Assembly (NCBI GenBank): GCA_016125475.1
Contig: WGLR01000012.1
Coordinates: 11,812-75,811, forward strand
From: Betaproteobacteria bacterium
GTDB lineage: Bacteria > Pseudomonadota > Gammaproteobacteria > Burkholderiales > Ga0077523
DNA: 64,000 nt
Reading direction: 5' to 3'
In this document: positions 1 through 9,628 of the stretch, piece by piece
Layout of the letters: each line of letters starts with the position of its first letter
Position numbering within the stretch: the first letter of the stretch is position 1
Program-made: the position numbers and the translations under genes
The notes under the pieces: generated by a model
What the model saw: only the letters and a program-made list of their open reading frames with translations
Database searches by the model: none
Told to the model about the DNA's origin: nothing

Positions 1-1
1 C

Positions 2-106
2 GGTGACCATGCGAAGAACATCTCCGAGTACGTGGTGTACATGGTCAAGGGCAAGGACGTTCGCCACGTGAGCGTCGAGGAGATCGAACGCGAGATCATG
101 ACCTGA
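2..106 (+). CDS. phoU: Phosphate signalling protein PhoU, 3' fragment (truncated by window start)
   Basis: Manual translation [22 protein letters not shown]...EIMT* matches the PhoU C-terminal motif (ERIGDHAKNIAEY..Y.V.G.DVRH); directly upstream of ppx. Confidence 0.9.
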   Translation, partial: GDHAKNISEYVVYMVKGKDVRHVSVEEIEREIMT

Positions 107-136
107 TCGCGCCCAACCTCGCCTGTCACTGCACAG

Positions 137-1702
137 ATGCCTCCCCACGCGACTGCCCTCGAACCGAGGTCGAGACGCCACGACGCCGTACAGCACGAAG
201 TCCTCGCAGCGGTCGATCTCGGCTCCAACAGCTTTCGGCTGCAGGTGGGGCGTGTCGCCGACGACCAGATCTACCCGCTCGATTCCCTGCGGGAGGCCGT
301 TCGCCTCGGCGCCGGCCTCACTGCGGACAAGCGTCTCGACGAGGCGTCCCAGCAGCGCGCGCTGATCGCGCTCAAGCGGTTCGGCGAGCGGCTGCGCGGC
401 TTCTCGCCCGAGGCCGTGCGGGCGGTGGGAACCAATACGTTGCGGGTGGCGAAGAACGCGCGGGACTTCCTCTCCCGCGCCGGTGACGCGCTGGGCTTCC
501 CGATCGAGGTCGTCGCCGGCAAGGAGGAGGCGCGGCTCATCTACCTGGGCGTGTCGCACAGCCTGCCTCCGGCGGCCGAGAAGCGCATGGTCGTCGACAT
601 CGGCGGCGGGTCCACCGAATTCATCATCGGATCGGGCCACCGGCCGCAGAAGCTCGAAAGCCTCTACATGGGGTGCGTGAGCTACACCATGCGTTTCTTC
701 GCCGACGGGCGCATCAGCAAGAGCGCCATGCGGCAGGCGGAACTCGCGGCGCGCATCGAGGTGCAGACCATCGAGAGCGAGTTCTCGATCGGGCACTGGC
801 AGCAGGCGGTCGGCTCGTCGGGCACGGCGAGGGCGATCGCGGACCTGATCGCGGCGAACGGCTGGGGAGACGGAACGATCACCGCCGACGGCATGGACCG
901 GCTGCGTGCACAACTGCTCAAGGCGGGTGACGTGGATCGCGTCAACATGCTCGGACTCAAGGCCGATCGCGTCCAGGTCCTTCCCGGCGGGTTCGCGATC
1001 ATGGCGGGCATCTTCGCGGAACTCGGCGTCGAGAAGATGATTCTCGCGAACGGTGCGATGCGCCAGGGCATCCTGTACGACATGCTCGGCCGCTTTCATC
1101 ACCGCGACATGCGCGACACGACGGTCAGGCAGTTCGCGAAACGCTACCACGTCGACCTGCAGCAGGCGCGGCGCGTCGAGTCGCTCGCGCTCGAACTGCT
1201 CGAGGTGCTGGATCCCTCCGGGGACGACGACGACAGCGCGAGGCAGATGCTTTCCTGGGCGGCGCATCTTCACGAGATCGGGTTGATGGTGGCGCACTCC
1301 GGCTACCACAAGCACTCTTCCTACATTCTCGCCAATGCCGACATGCCGGGCTTTTCCAGGATGGAGCAGATGCGCCTCTCGCGCCTCGTGCTGTCGCATC
1401 GCGGATCCATCGAGAAGATCAGGTCGGCGACGAACGGCCAGGGTGACTGGCCGCTGATCATGGCACTGCGTCTCGCGTGCCTGTTCCATCGCAGCCGCGG
1501 GCCGCTCGAGATGCCGCCCGTCGAGGCGAGCCATCGCGACCGTCGCTTCGAGGTCCGGCTGCCCGCCGCCTGGCTCAACCGCTACCCCCTCACGGCGGCC
1601 GCGCTGCGCAGCGAGATCCGGGAATGGCGGGGCATCGGTTTCGAAGTCCGCATACCGGCGCTGGACGACACGGACGCCGTCGTCGACACGCTTTCGCACT
1701 GA
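137..1702 (+). CDS. ppx: Exopolyphosphatase Ppx/GppA
   Basis: AAVDLGSNSFRL, GKEEARLIYLGV and VVDIGGGSTE ASKHA motifs; C-terminal LHEIG..YHKHS HD-like region; start codon uncertain. Confidence 0.95.
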   Translation: MPPHATALEPRSRRHDAVQHEVLAAVDLGSNSFRLQVGRVADDQIYPLDSLREAVRLGAGLTADKRLDEASQQRALIALKRFGERLRGFSPEAVRAVGTNTLRVAKNARDFLSRAGDALGFPIEVVAGKEEARLIYLGVSHSLPPAAEKRMVVDIGGGSTEFIIGSGHRPQKLESLYMGCVSYTMRFFADGRISKSAMRQAELAARIEVQTIESEFSIGHWQQAVGSSGTARAIADLIAANGWGDGTITADGMDRLRAQLLKAGDVDRVNMLGLKADRVQVLPGGFAIMAGIFAELGVEKMILANGAMRQGILYDMLGRFHHRDMRDTTVRQFAKRYHVDLQQARRVESLALELLEVLDPSGDDDDSARQMLSWAAHLHEIGLMVAHSGYHKHSSYILANADMPGFSRMEQMRLSRLVLSHRGSIEKIRSATNGQGDWPLIMALRLACLFHRSRGPLEMPPVEASHRDRRFEVRLPAAWLNRYPLTAAALRSEIREWRGIGFEVRIPALDDTDAVVDTLSH

Positions 1703-2013
1703 GCGTCGCCGCGAATCGCGGCCTCCGTCAGAATGCCGACAGGATTGGTGTGGACAGACACCAACTGCCTCAGCGTATACTCGACTCCAAAAAAAGCATT
1801 CACCCAAACTTTCCGGCGATCGAGTCCGGATCCTGACCTGTTCATCAAGGGGCGCAAGTGCCCCACGTCGCCGGCACGCATCTTTCGCGATGTAACGCCG
1901 GTGCCTTCAGCCGCAGACGGCTCAAGCGCAGTCGGCCGTGGCCAGGCGCGGGGCCGCGCGCCGGCGTGGCAGGTCTGCACGATGATCGGCATCAAAGACA
2001 AGGAGGAGGGAGC

Positions 2014-3120
2014 ATGCGAGGTGTCAACGCGAATGCGAAGGTGATGGCCGCGGTATGCGCTGCGGCCGTGGCGATCATTTCCGGCTGTGGGGGCGGCGAG
2101 GAGACCGGCGAGAAGGCAGCCGCGGCCACGGAGTCGGCCCAGCCCCAGAAGGTCGTGGAGATGACTCTCGCGAGCGTCTATCCGACGAGTCTCACGCTGG
2201 TCGGGGAGGCTGCGCCGAAGCTCGTGGACAACATCAAGCGTGCCTCGGGCGGCTCTCTCGTCCTGAAGGTGTACGAACCCGGCGCGCTCGTGCCGGGGCT
2301 CGAATCGATCCAGGCGGTGTCCAAGGGTTCGGTCGACACGGCGTGGTCGAGCCCGGGCTTCTTCGCCGGCACGGACACGGCCTTCAACATCTTCTCGACC
2401 GTGCCGTTCGGGCCGGACATGCCCGAATTTCTGGCGTGGATGTACGACGGGGGCGGTCTCGAGCTGCAGAACGAGATGTTCGCGCAGCACGACATTCACG
2501 CCGTCGTGTGCGGCATCCAGCCCCCGGAGGCCTCGGGCTGGTTCCGCAAGGAAATCAAGACGGTCGACGACCTGAAAGGTCTCAAGATGCGCTTCTTCGG
2601 CCTCGGTGCGAAGGTCATGGAGAAGCTCGGCGTCGCCACGCAGCTGCTCGCTCCCGGCGACATCTTCCAGGCCCTGCAGCTCGGCACCATCGACGCGACG
2701 GAATTCTCGAATCCCTCGCTGGACCAGAAGCTCGGGTTCTATCAGGTGGCCAAGTACTACTACTTCCCGGGCTGGCATCAGCAGGCCTCGCTGATCGACC
2801 TGTTCATCAACCAGAAGAAGTGGGATGCGCTGTCCGACCAGCACAAGGCGATCATCGAGCAGGCCTGCGGAGACATGGTGCGTCACATCATGGCCGAAGG
2901 CGAGGCGACCCAGTGGGCAGCGATGAAGGCCATGCGCGACGAGCACGGCGTCATCATCAAGACCTGGCCCCCGGAAATCATGAAGGCCTATCGCAAGGCA
3001 TGGGACGAGGTCGTCGCGGAGGAATCCGCCGCGAATCCCAACTTCAAGAAGGTCTACGACTCCTACTCGCAGTTCCGTTCCAATTACGCCCTGTGGCGTG
3101 AATACGGTTACCTGAGGTAA
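2014..3120 (+). CDS. dctP: TRAP transporter substrate-binding protein (DctP, TakP-like), probable lipoprotein
   Basis: GWFRKEIKTVDDLKGLKMRFFGLG, GTIDATEF, YYYFPGWHQ; strong RBS AGGAGGAGG before ATG 2014; N-terminal lipobox-like ISGC. Confidence 0.92.
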   Translation: MRGVNANAKVMAAVCAAAVAIISGCGGGEETGEKAAAATESAQPQKVVEMTLASVYPTSLTLVGEAAPKLVDNIKRASGGSLVLKVYEPGALVPGLESIQAVSKGSVDTAWSSPGFFAGTDTAFNIFSTVPFGPDMPEFLAWMYDGGGLELQNEMFAQHDIHAVVCGIQPPEASGWFRKEIKTVDDLKGLKMRFFGLGAKVMEKLGVATQLLAPGDIFQALQLGTIDATEFSNPSLDQKLGFYQVAKYYYFPGWHQQASLIDLFINQKKWDALSDQHKAIIEQACGDMVRHIMAEGEATQWAAMKAMRDEHGVIIKTWPPEIMKAYRKAWDEVVAEESAANPNFKKVYDSYSQFRSNYALWREYGYLR

Positions 3121-3204
3121 TCGGTCCGGAGTGCCGGGGGCCCGGTCGCGTGCGCGACCCGCTCCCGGCTTGCTTGCCGTCGTGCAGACTCACAGGGAGC
3201 AGGA

Positions 3205-3768
3205 ATGGAGCGACTACTGGCCGTATCCAATCTGATCGACGCCGTCCTCACGCGGATCGCGACCGCCGTCGGATGGCTGTTCTTGGTACTGACCGCCATC
3301 GTCATCTTCGACGTGCTGACCCGGAAGTTCGGCTTTCAGCTGCCGGGGATGGGTTCCACGCGCCTGCAGGAACTCGAATGGCACCTGCACACGGCAATCT
3401 TCTGCTTCTGGCTGGGCATGGGCTACATCAGGAATTCCCACGTCCGCATCGACATCGCGCTGACGGCCGCGTCCCCGCGCACCAAGGCGTGGGTGGAGTT
3501 CGTGTGCTGCATCCTGTTCGCGCTTCCCTACTGCCTGCTCGCGATCTACTTCAGTGCGGATTTCACCTGGATCTCGCTGGTCGACAACGAGGGCTCCCCG
3601 TCCGCCAACGGACTGCCGTGGCGCTGGATACCCAAGTCCTTCATCTTCTTCGGACTGATCCTGCTCCTGCTCGCGGTCGTGTCCGTCCTGATGCGGCTCG
3701 TCGTCTATCTGTACGGTCCGGAGCGCCTGCGCGAGCGCGCCGCGATTCCGAGCATTCAGAGCGTCTGA
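3205..3768 (+). CDS. dctQ: TRAP transporter small permease DctQ
   Basis: Four hydrophobic segments, LQELEWHL and HVRIDI motifs; between dctP and dctM. Confidence 0.9.
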   Translation: MERLLAVSNLIDAVLTRIATAVGWLFLVLTAIVIFDVLTRKFGFQLPGMGSTRLQELEWHLHTAIFCFWLGMGYIRNSHVRIDIALTAASPRTKAWVEFVCCILFALPYCLLAIYFSADFTWISLVDNEGSPSANGLPWRWIPKSFIFFGLILLLLAVVSVLMRLVVYLYGPERLRERAAIPSIQSV

Positions 3769-3778
3769 GGGGATCCCG

Positions 3779-5164
3779 ATGGCCTGGCTGACACATCATC
3801 TGTCCCTGATCCTCTTCTTCGTTCTCGCCGCAGCCCTGTTCTGCGGCTTTCCGGTCGCATTCGTTCTGGGCGGCATCGCGATCCTCTTCGGCGGGATCGG
3901 CATGCTCTTCGACGTGTTCCACCCCGTCCAGTTCTTCAATCTCCTGCCGCGCATCTGGGGGTCGGCCGCGTCGAACCCCATCCTCGTGGCCGTTCCGCTG
4001 TTCATCTTCATGGGCACGATGCTCGAACGCAGCGGGGTCGCGAACGACCTGCTCCACTGCCTGCAGGTGCTCCTGCGCCGGGTGCCGGGCGGGCTCGCCA
4101 TGTCCGTGACCCTGATGGGAACGATCATGGCGGCCACCACGGGGATCGTCGGTGCGTCGGTCGTGATGCTCACGATGATCGCGCTGCCATCCATGCTCGA
4201 GCGAGAGTACGACAAGAAGCTGGCGGTGGGGACGATCGCCTCCGCGGGTACGCTGGGCATTCTCATTCCGCCGTCGATCATGCTCGTGATCATGGGCGAT
4301 CTGCTCTCGGTGTCCGTCGGGGCGCTGTTCGCGGCGGCGGTCGTACCGGGGCTCATCCTCGCGATCCTCTACCTCGCGTACATCGGCGGACTCTCGTTCC
4401 TGAAGCCGGAGCTCGCGCCCGCGCTGCCCAAGGATGCCGGTCCGAAGAGCGCTTCGGAGTTCTGGCGCATGATCGCGCGGAGTTTCTTCCCGCCCGTGTT
4501 CCTGATCACGCTCGTGCTCGGGTCGATCTTCGGCGGGTGGGCAACGCCGACCGAGGCGGCCGGTGTCGGCAGCTTCGGCGCGATCCTGCTCGCCTGGTGG
4601 AACGGTCGTGTGAACGTCCAGACGATCCGGGACGTGATCCAGCGCGCGGGCCTCACGAACGGGATGGTGTTCTTCATCATCTTCGGCGCGACACTGTTCT
4701 CGTTCGTGTTCCGGTCGCTCGGCGGCGACGAGCTGATCGTCGAGCTGCTCGCGAAGATGGGCATCGATACGGGCTGGGAAATCCTCACGTTCATGCTCGT
4801 GCTCACGTTCGTGCTGGGATTCTTCTTCGACTGGGTGGAGATAACCCTGATCGTGCTGCCGGTCTTCGCACCGGTCCTGAAGGGGGTGGACTTCGGTCCG
4901 CATCTCGGAGACGGCGGGCCTATCCTCTTCCTCACGTGGTTCGTGATCATGATGTCCGTGAACCTGCAGACGTCGTTCCTGACGCCGCCCTTCGGGTTCA
5001 CGCTGTTCTACATGAAGGGAACGGTGCCTTCCTCGATCACGATGGGGCACATCTACAAGGGCATCATCCCGTTCGTCGTGCTGCAGCTCATCGGGCTCAT
5101 GCTCGTGCTCTCGTTTCCGCAGCTCGCGCTCTGGCTGCCCAGGGTGTCCGGGTTCCTGAACTGA
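3779..5164 (+). CDS. dctM: TRAP transporter large permease DctM
   Basis: AVPLFIFMG, ASAGTLGILIPPSI, ATPTEAA, NLQTSFLTPPFG motifs. Confidence 0.93.
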   Translation: MAWLTHHLSLILFFVLAAALFCGFPVAFVLGGIAILFGGIGMLFDVFHPVQFFNLLPRIWGSAASNPILVAVPLFIFMGTMLERSGVANDLLHCLQVLLRRVPGGLAMSVTLMGTIMAATTGIVGASVVMLTMIALPSMLEREYDKKLAVGTIASAGTLGILIPPSIMLVIMGDLLSVSVGALFAAAVVPGLILAILYLAYIGGLSFLKPELAPALPKDAGPKSASEFWRMIARSFFPPVFLITLVLGSIFGGWATPTEAAGVGSFGAILLAWWNGRVNVQTIRDVIQRAGLTNGMVFFIIFGATLFSFVFRSLGGDELIVELLAKMGIDTGWEILTFMLVLTFVLGFFFDWVEITLIVLPVFAPVLKGVDFGPHLGDGGPILFLTWFVIMMSVNLQTSFLTPPFGFTLFYMKGTVPSSITMGHIYKGIIPFVVLQLIGLMLVLSFPQLALWLPRVSGFLN

Positions 5165-5203
5165 GTGCGGCCCCGGGTCGGCCGGCCCGGGGTCACCGCT
5201 TCC

Positions 5204-6112
5204 TCACCGCGTGTGCCGTGCGAGTCCGAGCACGGCGTCCGCGAATTCGCGGGGTGCTTCCTGGGGCAGGTTGTGTCCGACGACCGGGATCACGTGCCGC
5301 TGGTACGGGCCGGTGAAGTGTCGCGCGTGCTTCTCGCTGGTCGACGCGGGCGCCACGCCGTCGCCGTCGCCGTGCAGGACCACCGTCGGGACGGAAATGG
5401 ACGGTTGCGACTCGAGTCTGCGTTCGGTCTCCGCGACGTCGGGATCGCCCGCGACGGTGCCGAACCGGTGGCGGTAGGAGTGGATCACGACGTCGACGAA
5501 GTCGGGATTCTCGAACGCCGCCGCACTCCGGTCGAACGTCGTGTCGTCGAACTGCCAGTTGGGTGACCAGAGTTTCCAGAGCAGCCGGCAGAATTCGCGG
5601 CGGTTCCTGTCGAGCCCCGCGCGCCCGCGTTCGGTGTGGAAGTAGTACTGGTACCAGTAGCGGTACTCGGCTTCCGGCGCCTGCGGCCGTGCCGCACCGG
5701 GGATGTCCTGCAGGTTGTAACCGCCCACGCTGACCAGACCGCGGGACCGTTCCGGCCAGAGCGCGCTCACGATGCACGCCGCACGTCCGCCCCAGTCGTA
5801 GCCGCCGAGCACGGCGTCCGGCAGCGAGAGCGCGTCGAGCAGCGCGATGAGGTCGTGTGCGAGGACTGCCTGCTGACCGGACCGCGGCGTCGTCGGATGG
5901 AGGAAGCGCGTGGGGCCGAAGCCGCGCAGGAAAGGAACGACGACGCGGCAGCGCGCCGCGACGAGCCGGGGGACGACGTCGTCGTACGCGTGCACGTCGT
6001 ACGGGAAGCCGTGCAGCAGAATCACGGGTGTGCCGTCCCGGGGGCCGTGATCGAGGAAGGCGATCTCGAGCGATCCGGCGGTCACGGCGTGGAAGGATCC
6101 GGTGATGGTCAT
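5204..6112 (-). CDS. Alpha/beta fold hydrolase (epoxide hydrolase-like)
   Basis: LLHGFPYD oxyanion motif, GGYDWGG nucleophile elbow (Asp), GHNLPQEAP catalytic His; ATG at 6112 overlaps the upstream stop (ATGA). Confidence 0.88.
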   Translation of the reverse strand: MTITGSFHAVTAGSLEIAFLDHGPRDGTPVILLHGFPYDVHAYDDVVPRLVAARCRVVVPFLRGFGPTRFLHPTTPRSGQQAVLAHDLIALLDALSLPDAVLGGYDWGGRAACIVSALWPERSRGLVSVGGYNLQDIPGAARPQAPEAEYRYWYQYYFHTERGRAGLDRNRREFCRLLWKLWSPNWQFDDTTFDRSAAAFENPDFVDVVIHSYRHRFGTVAGDPDVAETERRLESQPSISVPTVVLHGDGDGVAPASTSEKHARHFTGPYQRHVIPVVGHNLPQEAPREFADAVLGLARHTR

Positions 6113-8418
6113 GTCTCGATTCGAATGGGCAGTGAACGGATTCTCTTTCCGGTCAGCGCGAAGAGCGCGTTGCAGACCGCGGGGGCAATCGGCGGGGTGC
6201 CCGGCTCGCCCACGCCGCCGGGATGATCTGCCCCGGATGCGACGATGTGCACGTCGATGTCGGGCGTGGCGCCGAGCGTGACCATGGGGTAGTCGGTGAA
6301 ATTCGACTGTTCCACGCGGCCGTCGCGGATGCTGATCTCGCCGTGCAGGGCCGCCGTGAGACCATACACGATGCCGCTCTCCATCTGCGCGACGACCGTG
6401 TCCGGGTTCACCGCGAACCCGCAGTCCACCGCGCAGGTCACGCGCCGGACGCGGACCTGCGCGTCGACGATCTCGACTTCGGCGACCTGCGCGACGATCG
6501 AATGGAAGCTCGCGACGAGCGCGATGCCGCGGCCGATGCCCGGTCCGGGCGGCGTGTCCCACGACGCGGCACGTGCCACCGTGTCGAGCACCTGGAGGTG
6601 CCTCGGGGCATCCTGCAGCAGCGCGCGACGAAATGCGACCGGATCCTGCTTCGCGGCGGCCGCGCATTCGTCGACGAAGCACTCCGCAAACCACGCGTTC
6701 TGGCTGTAGCCGACGCTTCTCCAGAAGCCGACGGGTACCGGCTCGTCGGCGAGAACGTGTTCGGTACGCCGGTTGGGGATCCCGTACGGCAGGTCGTAAA
6801 GGCCCTCGACCGACGTCCGGTCCTTCATCCATCCTGACGCGATCGACGGCATCAGCCGCGCGGTCAGGCTCGTGGTGCACGACTGGCTCACGACGCGTGC
6901 GACCCACGCCGTCAGGTTGCTCCGGCTGTCCAGCGCCGCCCTCAGCCGGGCGACGGCCATGGGGCGGTAGACGTCGTGCCGCGTGTCCTCCTCGCGTGAC
7001 CAGAGAAGCTGAACGGGGGTGCCGCGCAATCGGCTGGCGACGCCGACGGCCTGCATCACGACGTCGACCTCGACGCGTCGCCCGAAGCCGCCTCCGAGGT
7101 AGGGCGTGTGCACCGTGACGTTCTTGCGCGGGATGTCCGCGGCGCGGGCGGCAAACCACTTCACGAGGGTGGGGGCCTGATTGCCCACCCAGACTTCGCA
7201 GCGACCGTCTTCGTGCACGACGGCCGTGCAGTTGACGGGTTCCATGGTCGCGTGCGCGAGATACGGAGCGAAGTAGGTCGCGTCGACGAGCGCGGATGGG
7301 GCCGCGAGCGCCGCCTCGGGATCTCCGGCCGCGTCGTACACCCGGGCGTCACCGCTTCGCAGCAGGGCCAGATACCGGTCCCGCTGCGTGCGGGTGTCGT
7401 GCGTGGCGGAAGCGCCGGGTGCCCACGTGATCTCCACGGCGTCGAGTGCGGTCTTCGCACGCCAGTAGCGGTCCGCCACGACGACCACGGCGGCGGCCGA
7501 GGCGCTCGTGGCCGGAATGGACAGCACGGCGCGAACGCCCTTCCGCGCGCGTGCAGCCCGGTCGTCGAGCGACGCGACTCGCCCGCCCTGCGTGGGACTC
7601 TGCGCGATCGCGGCATACAGCATGCCGGGCAATCGCACGTCGCTGCCGAACTGTGCGGAGCCGTCCACCTTGGCGCGGACGTCGAGCCGCTGCTGCGATC
7701 TTCCGAGGACGACGAAGTCGGCCGGCTGCCTGAGGGTCACGTCTGCGGGGACAGGCGTCGTTGCAGCTTCGGCCGCGAGGTCGCCGAAGGTGGCCCACCG
7801 GCCGGTTGCGACATGCCTGACGGTTCCCGCGACTGCCGAGCATTCGTCGACCGCCGCGCCGAAGCGCCTGGCTCCGGCGGCGAGCAGCATCGCCCGTGCG
7901 GTGGCTCCCGCGCGCCGCATCGGGAGCCACGCGTCGCGAACCCCCGTGGACCCCCCCGTCGCCTGCACACCCAGCAGTTCGCCGAAGCGGAACTGTGCGT
8001 GCCGCATGAGTTCCGCAAGCCAGCCGTGGTCGTCGGGCCGGAACGGGACCCCGTCCTCGAAGAGCGTCGCGTTCGCGTAGACGGGCGCGACCGGTGCCTG
8101 TTCGAAGGTGACGGATGCGAAGTCGGCACCCATCTCTTCCGCGACCAGCATCGGCAGCGCGGTGGTGATGCCCTGTCCCATTTCCTGGCGCGGAACCTGG
8201 ACGAGCACCTTGCCGGTCCCGTCCACCTTGATCCACGCGTTCAGTATGTGCTGGTCGCCACTCGCCACGAGGGCTTCCGGTGCCGTCAGGCGATCCGCCG
8301 GCCGGGACAGCCACCAGACCCCGAGGGCGAGACCACCGCCGGCGGCGCCGGCGGCGATCAGGAACCGGCGACGACCGGCTCCCGTGCGGACACGCCGGGC
8401 CGATGCCTCACGCGCCAT
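6109..8418 (-). CDS. Xanthine dehydrogenase-family molybdopterin subunit (isoquinoline 1-oxidoreductase beta / IorB-like), Tat signal
   Basis: RRRFL Tat motif; EMGQG, HATMEPVNCT, LGGGFGRR, GFWRSVG, GGVGEPGTPPIAPAVCNA motifs. Confidence 0.92.
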   Translation of the reverse strand: MAREASARRVRTGAGRRRFLIAAGAAGGGLALGVWWLSRPADRLTAPEALVASGDQHILNAWIKVDGTGKVLVQVPRQEMGQGITTALPMLVAEEMGADFASVTFEQAPVAPVYANATLFEDGVPFRPDDHGWLAELMRHAQFRFGELLGVQATGGSTGVRDAWLPMRRAGATARAMLLAAGARRFGAAVDECSAVAGTVRHVATGRWATFGDLAAEAATTPVPADVTLRQPADFVVLGRSQQRLDVRAKVDGSAQFGSDVRLPGMLYAAIAQSPTQGGRVASLDDRAARARKGVRAVLSIPATSASAAAVVVVADRYWRAKTALDAVEITWAPGASATHDTRTQRDRYLALLRSGDARVYDAAGDPEAALAAPSALVDATYFAPYLAHATMEPVNCTAVVHEDGRCEVWVGNQAPTLVKWFAARAADIPRKNVTVHTPYLGGGFGRRVEVDVVMQAVGVASRLRGTPVQLLWSREEDTRHDVYRPMAVARLRAALDSRSNLTAWVARVVSQSCTTSLTARLMPSIASGWMKDRTSVEGLYDLPYGIPNRRTEHVLADEPVPVGFWRSVGYSQNAWFAECFVDECAAAAKQDPVAFRRALLQDAPRHLQVLDTVARAASWDTPPGPGIGRGIALVASFHSIVAQVAEVEIVDAQVRVRRVTCAVDCGFAVNPDTVVAQMESGIVYGLTAALHGEISIRDGRVEQSNFTDYPMVTLGATPDIDVHIVASGADHPGGVGEPGTPPIAPAVCNALFALTGKRIRSLPIRIET

Positions 8419-8575
8419 GCCGTGCTCCCGAAGGACAGGTTCGCCGCCCGGGGAGCACCGGCAACGTGCGCGGGATTCCGGGGCGGGTCCGGTGGTGACG
8501 ACGATTCCTGCGCATCGGCCTCCCGGGTGCCGGTTCGATGTCCGCGGGCTTGCCGTCGGGCGTGAGCAGGATCAA
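8408..8575 (-). pseudogene. Probable decayed, internally deleted 2Fe-2S small subunit (iorA-like) remnant
   Basis: RBS AGGGAGA then TTG; MILLTPDGKPADIEPAPGRP resembles the IorA N-terminus (MI.LTVNGK..D.D..P..P); NRRHHRTRPGIPRT aligns to the IorA C-terminal NLCRCGTYPRIRRA; position is where iorA normally lies. Confidence 0.5.
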
Positions 8576-8845
8576 CGGGATCTCCCTGGAAGCGGGGCGG
8601 GATTCGTCTCCGACAGCCCGTTCGTGCACGATCCGTCGATGCGCAGGGCACTGCCGTGAACCGTGGTCCGATGATAGGGAAGGCCGGCTGCGCCGGCCAG
8701 CCGGGCGGGCGTCGACCGAACGCCCGCTCGCCGGGGATTGTCTGCTAACGTACGTCCGCCGATCGTCGGTGCCGGGCGGCGGGTGCGTGGGCCTGGCGGA
8801 GCATTCATCCGTTCGCAGAACGCAGAAGACGAAGGACCGAGTGTC

Positions 8846-9601
8846 ATGGAATGGCTGGACTGGCTGACGGACCCGCACGCGTGGATCGCCCTGGCGACGC
8901 TCGCGGCGATCGAGATCGTGCTCGGGGTCGACAACATCATCTTCATCTCGATCCTCGTCGGTCGCCTGCCGCCCGAGAAGCGCAACCTGGCCCGCACGCT
9001 CGGCCTGGGGGCCGCGATGGTGTCCCGTCTCATCCTGCTCTTCACGCTCGCGTGGGTCATGCGGCTCACTTCGCCGTTCTTCACGATCTTCGAGCGCGGC
9101 ATATCGGGGCGGGACCTCATCCTGGTCGGCGGCGGCCTGTTCCTGCTCTGGAAGAGCGTGCACGAGATCCACAATTCGCTCGAGGGGGAGGAACACGCCG
9201 ACGCGAACGCGGGCGCCGCGGTCGCGGCCTCGTTCGGCGGGGTGCTCGTGCAGATCGCCGTCATCGACATCGTGTTCTCGCTGGACTCCGTGATCACTGC
9301 CGTCGGCATGGTCGATCACCTCGCGATCATGGTCCTCGCGATCATCCTCGCGGTGGGCGTGATGCTGTTCGCGGCGCGCTTCATCGGCGAATTCGTGGAC
9401 CGGCATCCGACGATCAAGATGCTCGCGCTGTCGTTCCTCATCGTCGTGGGCGTGACCCTGATCGCGGACGGCCTCGGGTTCCACATTCCCAAGGGCTACA
9501 TCTATTTCGCGATGGCGTTCTCCGTCGGCGTCGAGATGCTGAACATCCGGGTGCGTGCCCACACGCGGGCGGTCCGGCTGCGCAAGCCCGACGAACCGTG
9601 A
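8846..9601 (+). CDS. TerC family membrane protein
   Basis: IEIVLGVDNIIFI and IDIVFSLDSVITAVG motifs, GYIYFAMAFS; RBS GAAGGA before ATG 8846. Confidence 0.92.
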   Translation: MEWLDWLTDPHAWIALATLAAIEIVLGVDNIIFISILVGRLPPEKRNLARTLGLGAAMVSRLILLFTLAWVMRLTSPFFTIFERGISGRDLILVGGGLFLLWKSVHEIHNSLEGEEHADANAGAAVAASFGGVLVQIAVIDIVFSLDSVITAVGMVDHLAIMVLAIILAVGVMLFAARFIGEFVDRHPTIKMLALSFLIVVGVTLIADGLGFHIPKGYIYFAMAFSVGVEMLNIRVRAHTRAVRLRKPDEP

Positions 9602-9628
9602 CACCGGGCCGGGGTCGCCGTGCCGGCG

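Noticed and set aside
8660-8845. yybP-ykoY manganese riboswitch upstream of terC
   Set aside because: The expected GGGGAGUA and GAGACC-type conserved segments were not found
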